Positions 47,930 through 61,580 of a stretch of DNA of 64,000 nt are shown piece after piece. Position 1 is the first letter of the stretch. The number at the start of each line of letters is the position of its first letter. This DNA is from Octopus sinensis. Its lineage: Eukaryota. The position numbers were made by a program, and so were the translations under genes. The stretch is taken from positions 17,246 through 81,245 of the forward strand of contig NW_021832004.1 in the NCBI RefSeq assembly GCF_006345805.1, read 5' to 3'. The notes below the pieces were generated by a model. That model worked only from the letters and a program-made list of their open reading frames with translations, was not told the origin of the DNA and did not search any database.

Positions 47930-49645
47930 CCTCTTCACTACTCGCTGGCAATGTTTAAATTGGGTCAGAAACGATGATGAAGATATCGTCACCTATGTCG
48001 GAGAGTTTAACAGAGAGTGTGAGAAATTAAAATTGAATGGGTTGACCCCGGACGTGTTCAAGTGTTTAGTTTTTTGTTCAAAGGTTTTCTACAAACAACG
48101 ATGCAGATATACGCTCCCAGATATTGAAAAGTTAGAAAGCAGAAGTATATCAGGGGATTATAAATCTACGACACAACGCAGATAAACTTGAAGAAAGAGG
48201 TTAATCTCATGTTTAAGCGAATCTACCGGTAACAGATAAGAAATCAGAGAAAAGTATATAAAGACCGAAAACATGTTGTGGGTGATGTGGTCTACGTTTT
48301 AAAAGTAACTGTCCGTTTAAAATATTAAATGTTTCAAGAGTGGCCGAATAGGTTATAAAAAATCACACTGTAAAACAAAACGTCGTAAATGGTTCAACAG
48401 AAAAATAACGTCAACCGGTTATCGGTGACAAGACATACGAAAGTGCTCCAAAGGAAATTTTTGTACGTAAAAAGTAATAACACAAACGTAAAGTTACGCT
48501 TGGACGCGGACAGCGATATCTCGATAATTAACACAGATACATGATTAAATGAAACTTCAAACATTGCCCGTGGTGTTTCATGCAAAAATTATATTTTAAG
48601 GGCGAATTTATAAGAGACACTACGTTTCGTTAAAACACCTTAAAAGCCAAAGTTTTTGTGTTAAACAATACGACAAATTTAATCGGAACTGACCGGATGG
48701 AATTATTTAGCTTATGGGACCTTCTCACAGATCTTTTCTCCAAGACTGTGAGTGGGTTTTTTCCCTATAGCACAATAAGTCGTCAGACGAACTGAAAATT
48801 ATTTTTTCTTAAAATTCAACGGTGGCAAGATGTTTTCTAAACTGGATCTCTCTGACACGTACCTACAAATTAGAGTAGACGATGAATGCTCTAAATACAA
48901 AACAATTAACACACAGGAAGGACTGTATAAATACAACAGGTTACAATTTGGCTTAAAAGTCGCACCAGCGATATTTCAAGAGATTTTGGATGCAATATTA
49001 GCGGACTGTGAAGTCTTAACTCCATATCTGGATAATATAATTCTTAAAAAAAACGAATCCAGGGATCAACACGTAGAACACGTAAAATATGTACTCCAAA
49101 AAATTAGATTATAACGGCCTTATTTGAATGTACCGATTAATACTTAATCCAAATATACCACCGGAAATGTCACCCGCAGAACCGATGTTTGCTAGAAAGG
49201 TCACATCCGTCTTTGATAAGTTGATACCGAGTGAAAATTAAAAACAAAGGCGAACAACAAAATTACTTCAAAATTATTCTACTTAGGTGACAAAGATTTA
49301 CTTAAAACCTATAGATATGGTAAAAAAAAAACTGGGAAGACGGGTGTAATGATTAAACAAATTGGAAAAATGTTATTCCTGGTAAAAGGAAAAAATTTCG
49401 AACATAAAAAATATATTAACCAACTTCAAGAAAGATTCACGGAAAAACTGTCACGAGAAAAGGAATCTCCATTTGAGTTTTGTACGACACGTTTGAGGTA
49501 CCAGCAGCCAAACAATTTGAAACTACACGTTCTAGCATCAGAAGACGAAAAAGAACGGAAACATTGAACTTGAATCCTAAGCGTAAAAGATACTAAAAAC
49601 TCTGATCGGAGAGAAGTGAAGGAGACTAATTCTTAAAAGGGGAGA
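47930..49645 (+). mobile_element. Gypsy-type LTR retrotransposon internal remnant
   Basis: RT FSKLDLSDTYLQI...YNRLQFGLKVAPAIFQ...YLDNII; gag part homologous to 63075-63600 (minus); polypurine tract aaaaggggaga at 49635-49645. Confidence 0.85.
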
Positions 49646-49830
49646 TGTTATGGAAAGATTCTGACCACCAACCAAGTGACTGAAGGTGGACTGACTCATT
49701 GTTATAAAATAAAGAAGTGTGAGCGATTGGCAGCTCAAGTTGGTAAGCAGTTCACTGTGAACCGTGATTGAGAGCGTTAGGTCTCAGGTTATAGTAGGGA
49801 GAAGTTGTTAAATTATATATCGAACACAAG
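49646..49830 (+). mobile_element. Putative 3' LTR (right boundary uncertain)
   Basis: TGTTA begins immediately after the polypurine tract. Confidence 0.45.
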
Positions 49831-51339
49831 GACATAAAATATATTACATGCAGAGGACTCGTTGCAAATATATCAGATTGTTTGCAGCAGCGCGAAGTTT
49901 CTGTCGTAGAAACTGAGCATCTGTTTCATGTGATTATAAAAGAACATGCATGAAGCATGGACCTGAGAGTGAAAGACACCTGAGAGAATGTTTGCATGGT
50001 GAACGGACACTGTCAAAGAAGATTCCTAGCGAATTTCTTGAAGAAACATGAGCAAATGACAATGGTTATCCATGCTACAGGTGACGCCAAGGTGGGACAA
50101 TACAAGTTAATAAAGTTAATAATAGGTGTGTAGTCCTCAATAGAAAGGACCAATGTCGCTCACTTTCAAAGCGCATGTAAATATGCAAATAGGTACGACT
50201 ACCAAGTCAATGAAATACATATTCAAGTAACTCTATATAGGCTACAAAAACATTAAATTTAATATAAGTAAAAGGAAGATGGACGTTGAAGTTGTACATG
50301 ATGAAAATATATAACAGATCCCATACTGTTATACTCGCTGCCAGTGCAACAGCAAGAATATGTCTTTTACAGAGAAAGTAATGAGAAAGAAGCGTTAGAG
50401 AGAGAGAAGAGCTGCCCGTCGTAACACGCCTCTACCAACATGGTTTGTTCTTAGTAAATACAAGACGCAGGTTGCATATTGGTATTCCTTATCATTATGT
50501 GTGTGACAAAGGAATGACTGTTTGGAAACGACACGAGAGATGAGAAGAGAGAATTATTTCAAGACTTTAGTTTCCAAGTCCAAAGCAAGAAGAAATATTT
50601 TATCTGAGATTGTTATTGTTACCTGTTGAAGGAACTCGCATTTTTTGACGATCTTAAAACAGCTGATGTTGTACGATAGAAGTTGGCATGAAATAACTGT
50701 CATTATTTTAATAACGCATGTGGAAAAATAACTTTATAAATGAGTGCGACCCTTTAGTTTCAACTCACAGCGGGAAATGTCACATATAAAAATTATTGGA
50801 TTTTTCAAAAAAATGAAAAACGGCAAAGTCGTTAGATACGAAATTTATCAATGGTTGCTTTAATTGTTTTTGATAAAGTTGTGTGGTACACATGCAAAAG
50901 CACACACGCATACACACACGTACATGCACATACATACACACAGACCGGCACGCACACGCACATACACACATTATATATATATTTATATGTATCAACTGGT
51001 GATCTTATGCCCTCTCAATCGTTAAGTCAATACCTTTTCACCCGGAGTATCTTTATAAAGTGTATTGAATTGATACAAACACTTCACTTGTGGAATACAA
51101 TACCAGCTAATAGTGATAAATCGATACGAAGATCATATAATGATTATCCTTCATTAAGAAGATAAATTCAAACAGGTAACATCTCGCTCTTGACAGCCAT
51201 TCTACCTAGAAAACAGACAGGATGTTGAGGAGGAATTATCTTCAAATTATTTGTAAGTAAATGTTTTATTGTATAATTAATATGCTTTTAATTATTTAAG
51301 AATTTAGCCATCACGACTGAGACCCCACAATAACACATT

Positions 51340-51344
51340 TTGTA

Positions 51345-51407
<63 letters not shown>

Positions 51408-51521
51408 TATATATAATATAATATTATATATTATAACATATATATAATATAAAATATATAAATATCTATATATACATATATAATATATATATATATTATA
51501 TATATATATATATATATAAAT

Positions 51522-51588
<67 letters not shown>

Positions 51589-51612
51589 CAGAGAGAGAGA
51601 GAGAGAGAGTTC
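51340..51612. repeat. (TA)n/(GA)n microsatellite
   Basis: Direct inspection. Confidence 0.9.
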
Positions 51613-51782
51613 AGCAAAATTTAGATTCACATGAATATGGTACTTAAGTTGAGGGACCAGAATTTAGTACGGTATTATCCATACAATTCAAAGTAAGGTG
51701 ATTAAAATCAAATAAGCAACAAGAATATTCAAAACTAATGCAATTTTCTTCTCTCTCTCTATTGTGGTAAAACTTTGGTATA

Positions 51783-52290
51783 TAACGTAAATCCTCGAGT
51801 ATAATCCGCATTTTTTCCTAAAATCTAAAGGTCAAAATACCTAGTGCGTACTATAACGAGTTTAAAATAAAAATTATTTTCTAAGCTATGTCCGAGTTTA
51901 TATTTTCTCTCTGGCTATGTTTAATCAGACGCATTTTGTGATTTCGGGCGTGATAATACCTTAAACCTGAAAGCAATGAAGTCATAAAAGAATCATCCAT
52001 AATTACAGTAAGCAACATTTATTAAACGTTATTACTGTTATTTCTTTATTTTCTACAAACAAAATGCACAAAAATACTACACGTTCGCACTATGTTATAT
52101 ATAACAATTATAATAAAGGACGTTACCATATACATTTTTACAAACCAAGGACGTTATATAGACCTCCTTGACTCAAGTTAGAGAAGGAGTGCCTATTATA
52201 CACAAGGTTTAGGTATTTCAGAGGTACAGCCCCCCCCTCAAATCCCCTGCGTATTATACTCAAAGACGGAATACTCGAGGATTTACGGTA
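51783..52290. mobile_element. MITE with ~20-bp TIRs (Tc1/mariner-pogo-like, TA ends)
   Basis: Left end taacgtaaatcctcgagtat; right end atactcgaggatttacggta (reverse complement taccgtaaatcctcgagtat). Confidence 0.75.
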
Positions 52291-53254
52291 CTCCAAATAT
52301 TCAAAGAAGTTTTATCCTTATGTTAAAATTTCATTCTTAATAATCTTCTTGATTAACCTAAATTTTAACTTTATACAATAAGACAATATTGTTTGAAATG
52401 ATCTTTAGAAATTACTTGATTTATCTCTTTCTTAAATGGCTCTACCCTCCTGATCTTAAGGGCATTTATATAAATAACCCTTCTAAACAAGTACAACTAA
52501 GAAACTATAAATATCATGAAGGAAGTAACACTATTAACTTCTTAAATCTATGATATAAACTTAATTAAAAAAGAAAACATTAGTGTAAAATATGATTGTT
52601 CCATAACTTAAATTTTTTTTAGCTGATACCAGATATTTGTCTTTTATTGATATTAGCTAAATAAGTAAATATATAATTTTTAGCCTAATATAATTTGAAT
52701 TATTATGTTTTTTCTAAAAATCTTTTCTATTGGTGTTAATAAGCTACACATATACTTTACCATAGTATTGGTAATTAATGTATTTTATTCCCTTTTCTAT
52801 GGTGTTCTGCCCTACCTGATCATTTTATTGTATTTCTTTATTATTTTATAATTAGCCTTTATTTATAAAATTAATTCTAATTTTTGTATCTCTATAAATT
52901 CATACTATACTGGTATATTCACTACTTATAAAAAAAACCTGCTTAGATTATAATTTTCTTAATATATAATTAACATGTTCCTTTGCCTCAATACTCCTTT
53001 ATTAATACCAGTTTATACCAATTAATCAATATTTTATTCACCACTGAGTATCACAAGGAACGATTGTCATGTGACTATATCTTAATAATGTTACATGCAG
53101 ACGACCCGTTGACACAACAAGAATTCTCAAAGCAGAGAAACGTTTGCGTAACCAAATTCCTGCCAAAATGAAAGACTGCGGTGCGTGGAAACAATTGCAG
53201 GGTTTACCAATAAATGTGCCTTCGTATTCCTTCTTGTTACTCCAACTTATGCAA

Positions 53255-53416
53255 TTATATGTATGTATGTATATATGTATGTGTGTTTTTATATGTATGC
53301 ACATATATATACACATGAGTATACATATATATTAAAATGATATACATATATGTATGTATACATACATTCATACATAACACATACACACATACATACATAC
53401 ATGCATACATACATGC

Positions 53417-53452
<36 letters not shown>

Positions 53453-53528
53453 CATATATATATAATGTATGATATATATATATATATATCATATATATAT
53501 GTGTGTATATATATATATATTATATATA

Positions 53529-53584
<56 letters not shown>

Positions 53585-53585
53585 A
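53255..53585. repeat. (TA)n/(TACA)n microsatellite
   Basis: Direct inspection. Confidence 0.9.
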
Positions 53586-54760
53586 AATGGGTGAATATTA
53601 ACATGACCTAAACCTTCTGAACTAGGCCTATCCCTTGTCCAGTGAGATCAAAATTAATCAGGGATCGTTGGTTGTCACTAGACTCCACGACAATCACCCT
53701 CAGTGTTCGCTGATTGTCACTTATTTCCACGACACTCCCGATCTTGAGATATTGGCTATTTTTATGCCATCTCTATTACTTAAATCCAACAAGACTATTT
53801 TGAATCGTTGTGTAAAACTCTGTTTGTTTAGTATGGAAGAATTAGTTAATATAAATTTTATGTAGTAACTCTCTACGACAATTTTCTTTGACTTCTAAAT
53901 GTACCATAAATATTAAATGTATTTAAATAAACTAATTTAGTAAATAATTTCTCTTTCTTCATTTTCTTCAACCTGTTAATGAGATTTATTTCTGTATCCA
54001 TGAAACTGTTATTATAGCGGTGTCGTTTCAACATGTACGTTTCAGCGTCTTGGTGTATAATTCATCACGGTGTTTACGCAGCCTGAGTTAAGATTTACGT
54101 ATAGTGATAACACTTATAGTTAAGTTATAAGTGACTGGTTTATCACTATAGATTTCTACTCAGTAAACATCTATATTTATTATCTTTTCCAAGTCAAAAA
54201 CATTCTACACCAGATAATCCAACACAAGCTTATATATTGGTGACAAGCCGACGTGGACTTAGAAAAGTCTACTCAGGACAATAATCACTCTATAAAATAA
54301 ATAGAATCAACCCGTTATAAAAGTGGTGAATCGCCTTTATAAAAGGTGGTTAATTCTACGAACAAGTTATACATAATACTATCACTAAGTCTCTGAAGTG
54401 TCTAGAATGTTCTCTTCCAAGAAATACTGATGCTTCTGATCTCGTTTGAAACAAATAACATTTCTTTTCTTTCTTTCCCTTTTTCTATTTTTGCTCCTCT
54501 CTCTTTTATCTCACCCTCACTCCTCCTATCCCTCTATATTCTGTTCCCTCTCTTTCTATCCCTCTCCAATTTGTTGCTCTCTCTCATTATTTCAATGGAT
54601 AATTTTATGGTGATGTAGTGGTGGTCATCGCCGTATTTGTTACTGAATTATGCTTGTAGCACTTCTCTTTCTTATTCCTTTCATCTTCATTCTTTGTAAA
54701 TTAATGTTAAACGTGAATATGAAATATGAAATTTTTCTCCAAAATAAATTTTCATTGCAG

Positions 54761-54796
54761 TTCTCTTCTACATCTCACTGACATTTGGAAATGGAC
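54761..54796 (+). CDS. 36-nt exon, second copy
   Basis: Identical to 23607-23642, with ttgcag/gtaagt sites. Confidence 0.7.
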
Positions 54797-55368
54797 GTAA
54801 GTAAAATTATATCAATATATAGATATATATCTATGAAAATTATGAAAATTACTACTCAAAAATTTTATTTATAAGTTCAGTGGAGGAAAATATTTTCCTC
54901 CTCAAAATAAATTAGTTGGAAAGAAAATTTTAAATTCTGCGTTCAATATAAAACACCCGTATGATGCCGAATTCGCTTCTTAACATAATTTCCATTGGTG
55001 ATAATTCAGTTTTACGTCAGTTTGTAAGCATTTTGTTAAATAAAACAAAGTGCTGGTATTAGGGGACATTCTTTACAACAGACAACTGTTAAACATTATA
55101 GTATATAACTTGTGAATCATTTAAATAATAGAATTAATAAACAACTTTAAAGACTCATTCGCAGTAATTTTCATTAACAGATTATATATCCCAAGATGCT
55201 TTGTACCTACAATATGGTAGTAACAACTTTATTCACTTCTTCCTGGTAAAAGTATCAATGTTGATCCTCAAACATTTAATATTCTCTATCTTTATTATTA
55301 TCTATTTTCACAATGTTTTATTTTCGTCTTCGTATTTTGGTTGTTTAATTTGCCTGGCTTTGTTACAG

Positions 55369-55626
55369 TTGAATATCTGAAGTATTTTATGAAAGTACCA
55401 AACTGTGCTCCGAAAGACGGTAAAACATTGATGACACTTGACGTGGATGCCTTTCACTGTTCGAAGAGTTGTTTTGAAACTTCTGCATGTAAATCCTTCA
55501 TGAGCAGAACGGTAAGTCCAAGCTGTATGTTATACGAAGAAGACTCAACAGAGAGGATGCTAATAAAAGAATATAATACCCATTTTTATCAGTTGAGAAG
55601 ATCTGAGCCCACCAAATATAGAGACG
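55369..55626 (+). CDS. PAN/Apple-like exon P1b (258 nt, phase 1-1)
   Basis: Open frame with the same splice sites as P1a; 14 amino-acid differences from P1a. Confidence 0.75.
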
Positions 55627-55864
55627 GTAAACAATTTGAATATTTTTGTGTTTATTTCATTCCTTGACTTGTATTCTATGTTTTAGTCCAAAGAGAGACA
55701 ATACTGTCGGCATCTGAAAAGTCTCTATGGTTTCTCTGGTCAATACATTTTTAGTTTTACCCTCCCAAAATACCTTCCTGTGAATATATATTAAGGAAAA
55801 AAACTTTTATATAGTTTCAAAATTATGAAATCCTGAGCCTTGATATGAAAAACAACAATAAAAA

Positions 55865-55934
<70 letters not shown>

Positions 55935-55938
55935 AATA

Positions 55939-55977
<39 letters not shown>

Positions 55978-55979
<2 letters not shown>

Positions 55980-56531
55980 GCCCTGATGCAGTACCGGCAG
56001 CAGCTCTCATGGCTTCTGATCTTAACTGATTGGAAGCGTTATCATGTACGTTGTTTTGTCTTGGTATAAAAGATGGGTTACAGCAAAATATTCTGCTCAA
56101 TACCACAGATTTGCTTGTCAGTTGTTTGACCTTAACCAGTTGAGCATGTCCCTTAGTGGCTGACGATATGCACATCTCTCATCACGTGTAGAAGTATTAG
56201 GGGAGCATCATAGCCATGTGTTGAGAGGGATTCTTTGGGGTTTTAATGATTCACCTCTGGAAACATGGGTGTTTCATTCAACATCCTTAAACAACCCGTA
56301 ATCAGGGACCTTTTGAGAGGTATGTGTTACACAACCAGAAGAAAATTCTAACTAGGCCCCCACCCGCAAGGTCATGCGCTGTTTATCTTGTAATGAAATC
56401 ACCGTGTCACCATGTGCTGTGATGCATGTGCCTGGTGTACCCCTATCAGACGGGTAGTCATGATGGGTATACTGGGCTTCGTATATTTGTACCCGAGTGT
56501 CACTTTGATGGCATGCGCTGCTCCCTCACTC
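55978..56531. mobile_element. ~555-bp interspersed repeat embedded in (AAT)n, copy 1
   Basis: atgccctgatgcagt...gctgctccctcactc, repeated at 56967-57526. Confidence 0.8.
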
Positions 56532-56832
56532 AATAATAATAATAATAATAATAATAATAATTATAATAATAATAATAATGACGACGACGACAACGACGAC
56601 GACGATGATGATGATGATGATGATGATGATTATGATGGTTATGATGACGAGGATGATGATGATGATTATGATGATGACGAGAAGGAGGAGGAGGAGGAGG
56701 AGGAGGATGATTATGATGGTAATGATGTCGAGGATGATCATGATGATTATGATGATGACGAAAAGGAGGATGATGATGATGATGATGATGATGATTATGA
56801 TGGTAATGATGACGAGGAGGAGGAGGAGGAGG

Positions 56833-56866
<34 letters not shown>

Positions 56867-56870
56867 CATA
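56532..56870. repeat. (AAT)/(GAC)/(GAT)/(GAG) trinucleotide repeats
   Basis: Direct inspection. Confidence 0.9.
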
Positions 56871-56966
56871 TATTTGCCATAAGGGCGAAGGATGAATGGG
56901 TCAATACAGAGACAGACATAAAGCATTGCGGGAGGGGCGGGGTTACTTGTAATAATGAACCGATAT

Positions 56967-57526
56967 ATGCCCTGATGCAGTGTAGCAGGCAATGGCTTTC
57001 ATGGCTTCTGATCTTAACTGATTAGAAGTGGTATCATGTACATTGTTTTGTCTTGGTATAAAAGATGGGGCTACAGCAAATATTCTGCTCAATACCACAG
57101 ATTTGCTTCTCAGTTGTTTGACCGTCACCAGTTGACCATATCCCTTAGTGGCTGATGATATATGCATCTCTGGTCACGAGCAGAAGTAGTGGGGGAGCAT
57201 CATAGTCATGTGTTGAGTGGAATTCTTTGGGGTTTGGATAATTCACTTTTGGAAACATGGGTGTTTCGTTCAACATCCTTAAACCACCTTTATTCAGGGA
57301 CTTCTTGAGCGGGATAGGCTACTCAACCTGAAGAAAATTCTAACTGGGCCCCACCTTCAAAGTCATGCGCTGTTTATCTTGATATGAAATCATCATGTCA
57401 CGCACATATAGATGTGATGCATGTGCCTGGTATACTCTTGTCAGACGGGTAGTCATGATGGGTATATTGGGCTTCATATATTTGTACCCGAGTGTCACTT
57501 TGATAGCATGCGCTGCTCCCTCACTC
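56967..57526. mobile_element. ~560-bp interspersed repeat, copy 2, followed by (AAC)/(AAT)n
   Basis: Colinear with 55978-56531. Confidence 0.8.
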
Positions 57527-57538
57527 AACAACAACAAC

Positions 57539-57593
<55 letters not shown>

Positions 57594-57637
57594 TAATAAT
57601 AATAATAAATAATAATAATAGCAATAATAATAATAAT

Positions 57638-59691
57638 AGCAAAACCAGAAAACTACAGACCAATAACCTGTCTCCCTACAATGTTCAAGGCATTTACTGC
57701 AGTGATATCGCAAAGGTTGAACAAGCACCTGGACGAAAACAAACTGTTCCCAGAAGAGCAGAAAGGATGCCGCAAAGGCTCATCTGGCTGTAAAGATCAA
57801 CTAATGATTAATAAAGCCATAACTGAAGAGAGCCACAGAAAGAAGAAAGGCCTCAGTATGGCCTAGATCGATAACAAAAAGGCGTTTGATAGCAGCCCCC
57901 ACACATGGATCCTCGAAACACTAGCCATTAACAAAGTAGCACCAACAATCATAAAATTCATAGGGCACTCTATGAATAAATGGCAAACAGTGCTACAGCT
58001 CCAAACAAAAGAGGAACTCATGAAAACCAAAGACATCCCCATTAGAAGAGGAATATTCCAGGGAGACACGCTCTCTCCACTCCTTTTCTGCTTGGCACTG
58101 TCACCTCTATCTGATATGCTAAATAGAACTGGATGCGGATATAGAAAAATGCGCCAAAGTAACCATGAAAAGAGGAAAACTAGTTAAGAGTAGCAACATC
58201 ACACTAGATAAAACCAATGAAATAAAAGAATTAGACCAAAGCCAAACTTACAAATACTTAGGAATCCATGAACTAGATAAGACACAACACGCACAAATGA
58301 AAGAGAATATAAAAAAGAATATTATAGACGAGTCAGATCAATACTAAAAACAGAGATCAATGCTAAAAAGAAGATAATAGGTATTAACACTTTATGTGTC
58401 CCAGTTTTAAGTTACAACTACAATATCCTTAACTGGACACTAAATGAACTGACCAAAATAGATAGGAAAACAAGAAAAATAATGACAGGATCTAGGATGC
58501 ATCACCCAAAATCTGACATAGAAAGACTATATATACGACGTGTAGAAGGTGGTAGAGGCTTTATACAACTGGAAAACTACTATAAAATAACCACTATAGA
58601 ACTGCAAAAATATCTTCTTCAGAAGGAAGGAAAACTGATACAAATAGCGGCAAAACACGAGCAAAACAAAAAAATGTTCTCAGTATTTAAGGAAGCTGAC
58701 AAATACAAACAAGAAATCATACCACCTAATAAATATGAAGAAGAAGAAGAAGATGAAGAAACAACAAAAGCTATAAAACAAATGAAATCCAAACTAAAAA
58801 TAGAACAGCAAAGAACCATGATAAAACGTTGGCAAGAAAAGCCCCTTCATGGTAAATACTGGACTAAACTAAACGCAAAAGAAATAGACAAAGAAAAATC
58901 CCAGCAATGGTTGAGAAGCTCAGGACTCAAAGCAGAGACAGAGGGATTTTTAATTGCAGCACAAGACGAAAGCCTCCCCACCAGAAATTACCAAAAACAT
59001 ATCATGAAAAGAAATATAACAAGTAACTGCAGAATATGTGGAGATGGACAAGAAACAATAAATCATATTATCTCTGGCTGCCCAGTCCTAGCTAAGAAGG
59101 AATATATTCACAGACATGACAGAGTTGGAACCTACATACACTGGAAGCTATGCCAACATTATGGAATAACAACAGCAAAAAGATGGTATAGGCACACACC
59201 AGAAAAGGTCACAGAAAACGAGAAAGTAACCATACTCTGGGATATGCCGTACACAAAGATAGAGAAATTAAGTCCAACAGACCAGATATAGTTGTCAGAG
59301 ATCATGAAGAAAAAAATGCTTTCTAATTGATGTATCAATACCGGCAGATGACAACGTGTCTCTAAAAGAAATGGAGAAACTCTCAAAATACAAAGACTTG
59401 GAAATAGAGGTAGCCAGAATGTGGAATCTAAAAACAGAAACAATTCCTATCATAGTAGGTGCATTAGGCATGCTAAAAAATATTCAGACAAATACATAAC
59501 AAAAACACCAGGACTTACAAACACATATAACATACAGAAAATTGCACTACAGGGCACCGCACACATCCTACGCAGAGCACCTTTCGTACAATAACCATCA
59601 GAGCATCACAACAAATCACAGCACATACCCAAGGCACACAGAGCTGTGCTCGGTAGTGAAGTGAAAGCACGCTATAAAAATAAAACTACTG
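57638..59691 (+). mobile_element. R4/Dong-clade LINE (RT, CCHC, RLE), 5'-truncated, in (AAT)n
   Basis: KPENYRPITCLP, EEQKGCRKGS.GCKDQL, GIFQGDTLSPLLF, CRICGDGQETINHIISGC, RHD, ILWD..RPDIVV..LIDVSIP; ends aaaataaaactactg followed by (aat)n. Confidence 0.92.
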
Positions 59692-59711
59692 AATAATAAT
59701 AATAATAATCC

Positions 59712-61580
59712 TCATGAATATGAGAAAGGTAGGAAGGAGTGTGATAACTAAAGTAACACAAAAGATAAATACTGTCGTGCCATACATCCAGACGGAGGAT
59801 ATAACACAAACAAGGAATCTTCTCCGAGCTATTGCGCTATTGTTGAGGAGAAATTACAATTTAAGAAAACAAAAAGAACCATGGTGGAAACGACGCATTA
59901 AAAGGGACTTAATGCGGGCATGGCAAGATCTAGGAAAAATTGAGCAATGGTTAAGAAAAAAGTGGGAAAAAATGGGAAAAAGACAGACCGAGAAATATTG
60001 GAGAAGAAATATTAAATACGGAAGAACGGGTTTGATGCAGTAATAGAGCAGTTAAAACAGAAGATCATGGCAAAAAGCCGGAAGATCAGAAGATTTGTGA
60101 ACAGAAATAAGCAGTTCGAGGAGAACAGATTGTTCAAAAATAACCCGAAGCAATTCTTCCGAACGTTAGAAGGAGACAATGGAGAAAATGTTGCTCCTGA
60201 TGCAAATCAAGCCAAGGAGTTCTGGAGCAGATTATGGGGAAACAGCGCGGTGCATAAAAGGGATGCAATATGGATAGGAACTATCAAGACAGAATTACAA
60301 GGAGGAAAGAAACAAAGGAATATTGTCATAAGCTCGGGTGATGTGAAAGAACAAGTGGGTAAAGTGTCTAACTGGAAAGCCCCAGGACCAGATGGGATTC
60401 ATGGCTTTTGGCTGAAGAGATGCCACGCGGTGCAGGAAAGACTAGCAGCCCAATTGAATGAGTGTGTCCAGAAAGGCACATTCCCGGGTGGATGGTGACT
60501 GGGAGGACAACACCTGTAATGAAAGATAGAAGAAAGGTTAATATTGTGGTAAACTACCGTCTTATAGCATCCTTAAACATAGTCTGGAAGATACTCTCTG
60601 GAATATGTACGGCAAAGACACCCACTTTCCTGGCACAAGAGTAAATACTACCAAGTAAATACTACAGAGTTCTCAGGGTACCAAGGATCTCCTGGTCATC
60701 AATAAAACAGTTTTGAGGCATTGTGAAAAACATTATACAAACATGTCTATGGCTTGGATAGACTTTAAGAAGGCATATGATACGATGCCTCGTTCTTGGA
60801 TCATGGAATGCCTACAGATGTTTGGTGTGGCTGACAACATCACAAATTTTCTGATGCATAGCATGAAAAAGTGGGAAATCAAATTGTACTCAAGTAATGT
60901 ATTCCTCGGAAAAGTTAACATTAAAAGGGGAATCTTCCAAAGTGACTCGTTTTCTTCGTTACTTTTTGTAATTGCACTAATATCCATAACAATGACACTT
61001 TGGAAAATTAAGATGGGTTACTGATGTGGGAAGAAAGACCCATCATTGAACCATCTTCTGTTTATGGATGATCAAAAATTGTTTGGGAAATCTGAAAAAC
61101 AGATGGATTCCTTAACCAAAACAGTCCAGAAGCGTGGGAGGGACATCGGTATGGAATTTGGGATCACCAAATACTCAGTACTTAATATGAAAAGAGGGAA
61201 AGCAGCCAGCAGGGGGTTGCAGTTGCCCTCAGGAGAGACTATAGGTGAACCTGACAGTTTTGGGTATAGTATAGATATTTAAGGATTTGGGAGCTGGAAG
61301 ACATTTTACACAGAGAAATGAAGGTCAACGTCAGCGAAGATCATCAAAATAGGGTGAAGATGGTGTTGAAATCCAACCGGAATGCCAAAAATTTGATTAC
61401 CGCAATGAATATCTGGGCAGTTGCGCTGGTCAGATATAGTGCATCCATCCTCAAATGGACTAAGGAGGAAATATCAACACTGGATAGAAGGACGAGAAAG
61501 TTGATGACGCTGCATGGGGTGCTACACCCTTAAGCAAACGTAAACAGATTGTATATGAAAAGAAAATTGGTGGCAGAGGA
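59712..61580 (+). mobile_element. Second, older R4/Dong-type LINE (internal region)
   Basis: EPWWKRRI, NWKAPGPDGIHGFWLK, AWIDFKKAYD, GIFQSDSFS, HLLFMDD, NIWAVALVRYSA. Confidence 0.88.

Larger units (their letters stand above)
54366..55742 (+). repeat. Duplicate of 23177-24580
   Basis: Colinear; the exon offset is 31,166 bp (55369 minus 24203). Confidence 0.9.

Noticed and set aside
52300-52980. Very AT-rich stretch as a possible NUMT (ND4L-like)
   Set aside because: No continuous reading frame in the invertebrate mitochondrial code and no tRNA/rRNA motif recognised; a BLAST against mitogenomes is needed.
54032-54069. Candidate ATG exon for the PAN gene (MYVSASWCIIHH|g-gtgttt)
   Set aside because: Weak donor, absent from the first gene copy, no independent support.
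56412-56882. 156-aa ORF with a hydrophobic N-terminus and poly-Asn/Asp/Glu, resembling an acidic biomineralisation protein
   Set aside because: The N-terminus comes from the ~555-bp repeat (the same text recurs in ORF 57395-57793) and the rest is trinucleotide microsatellite.
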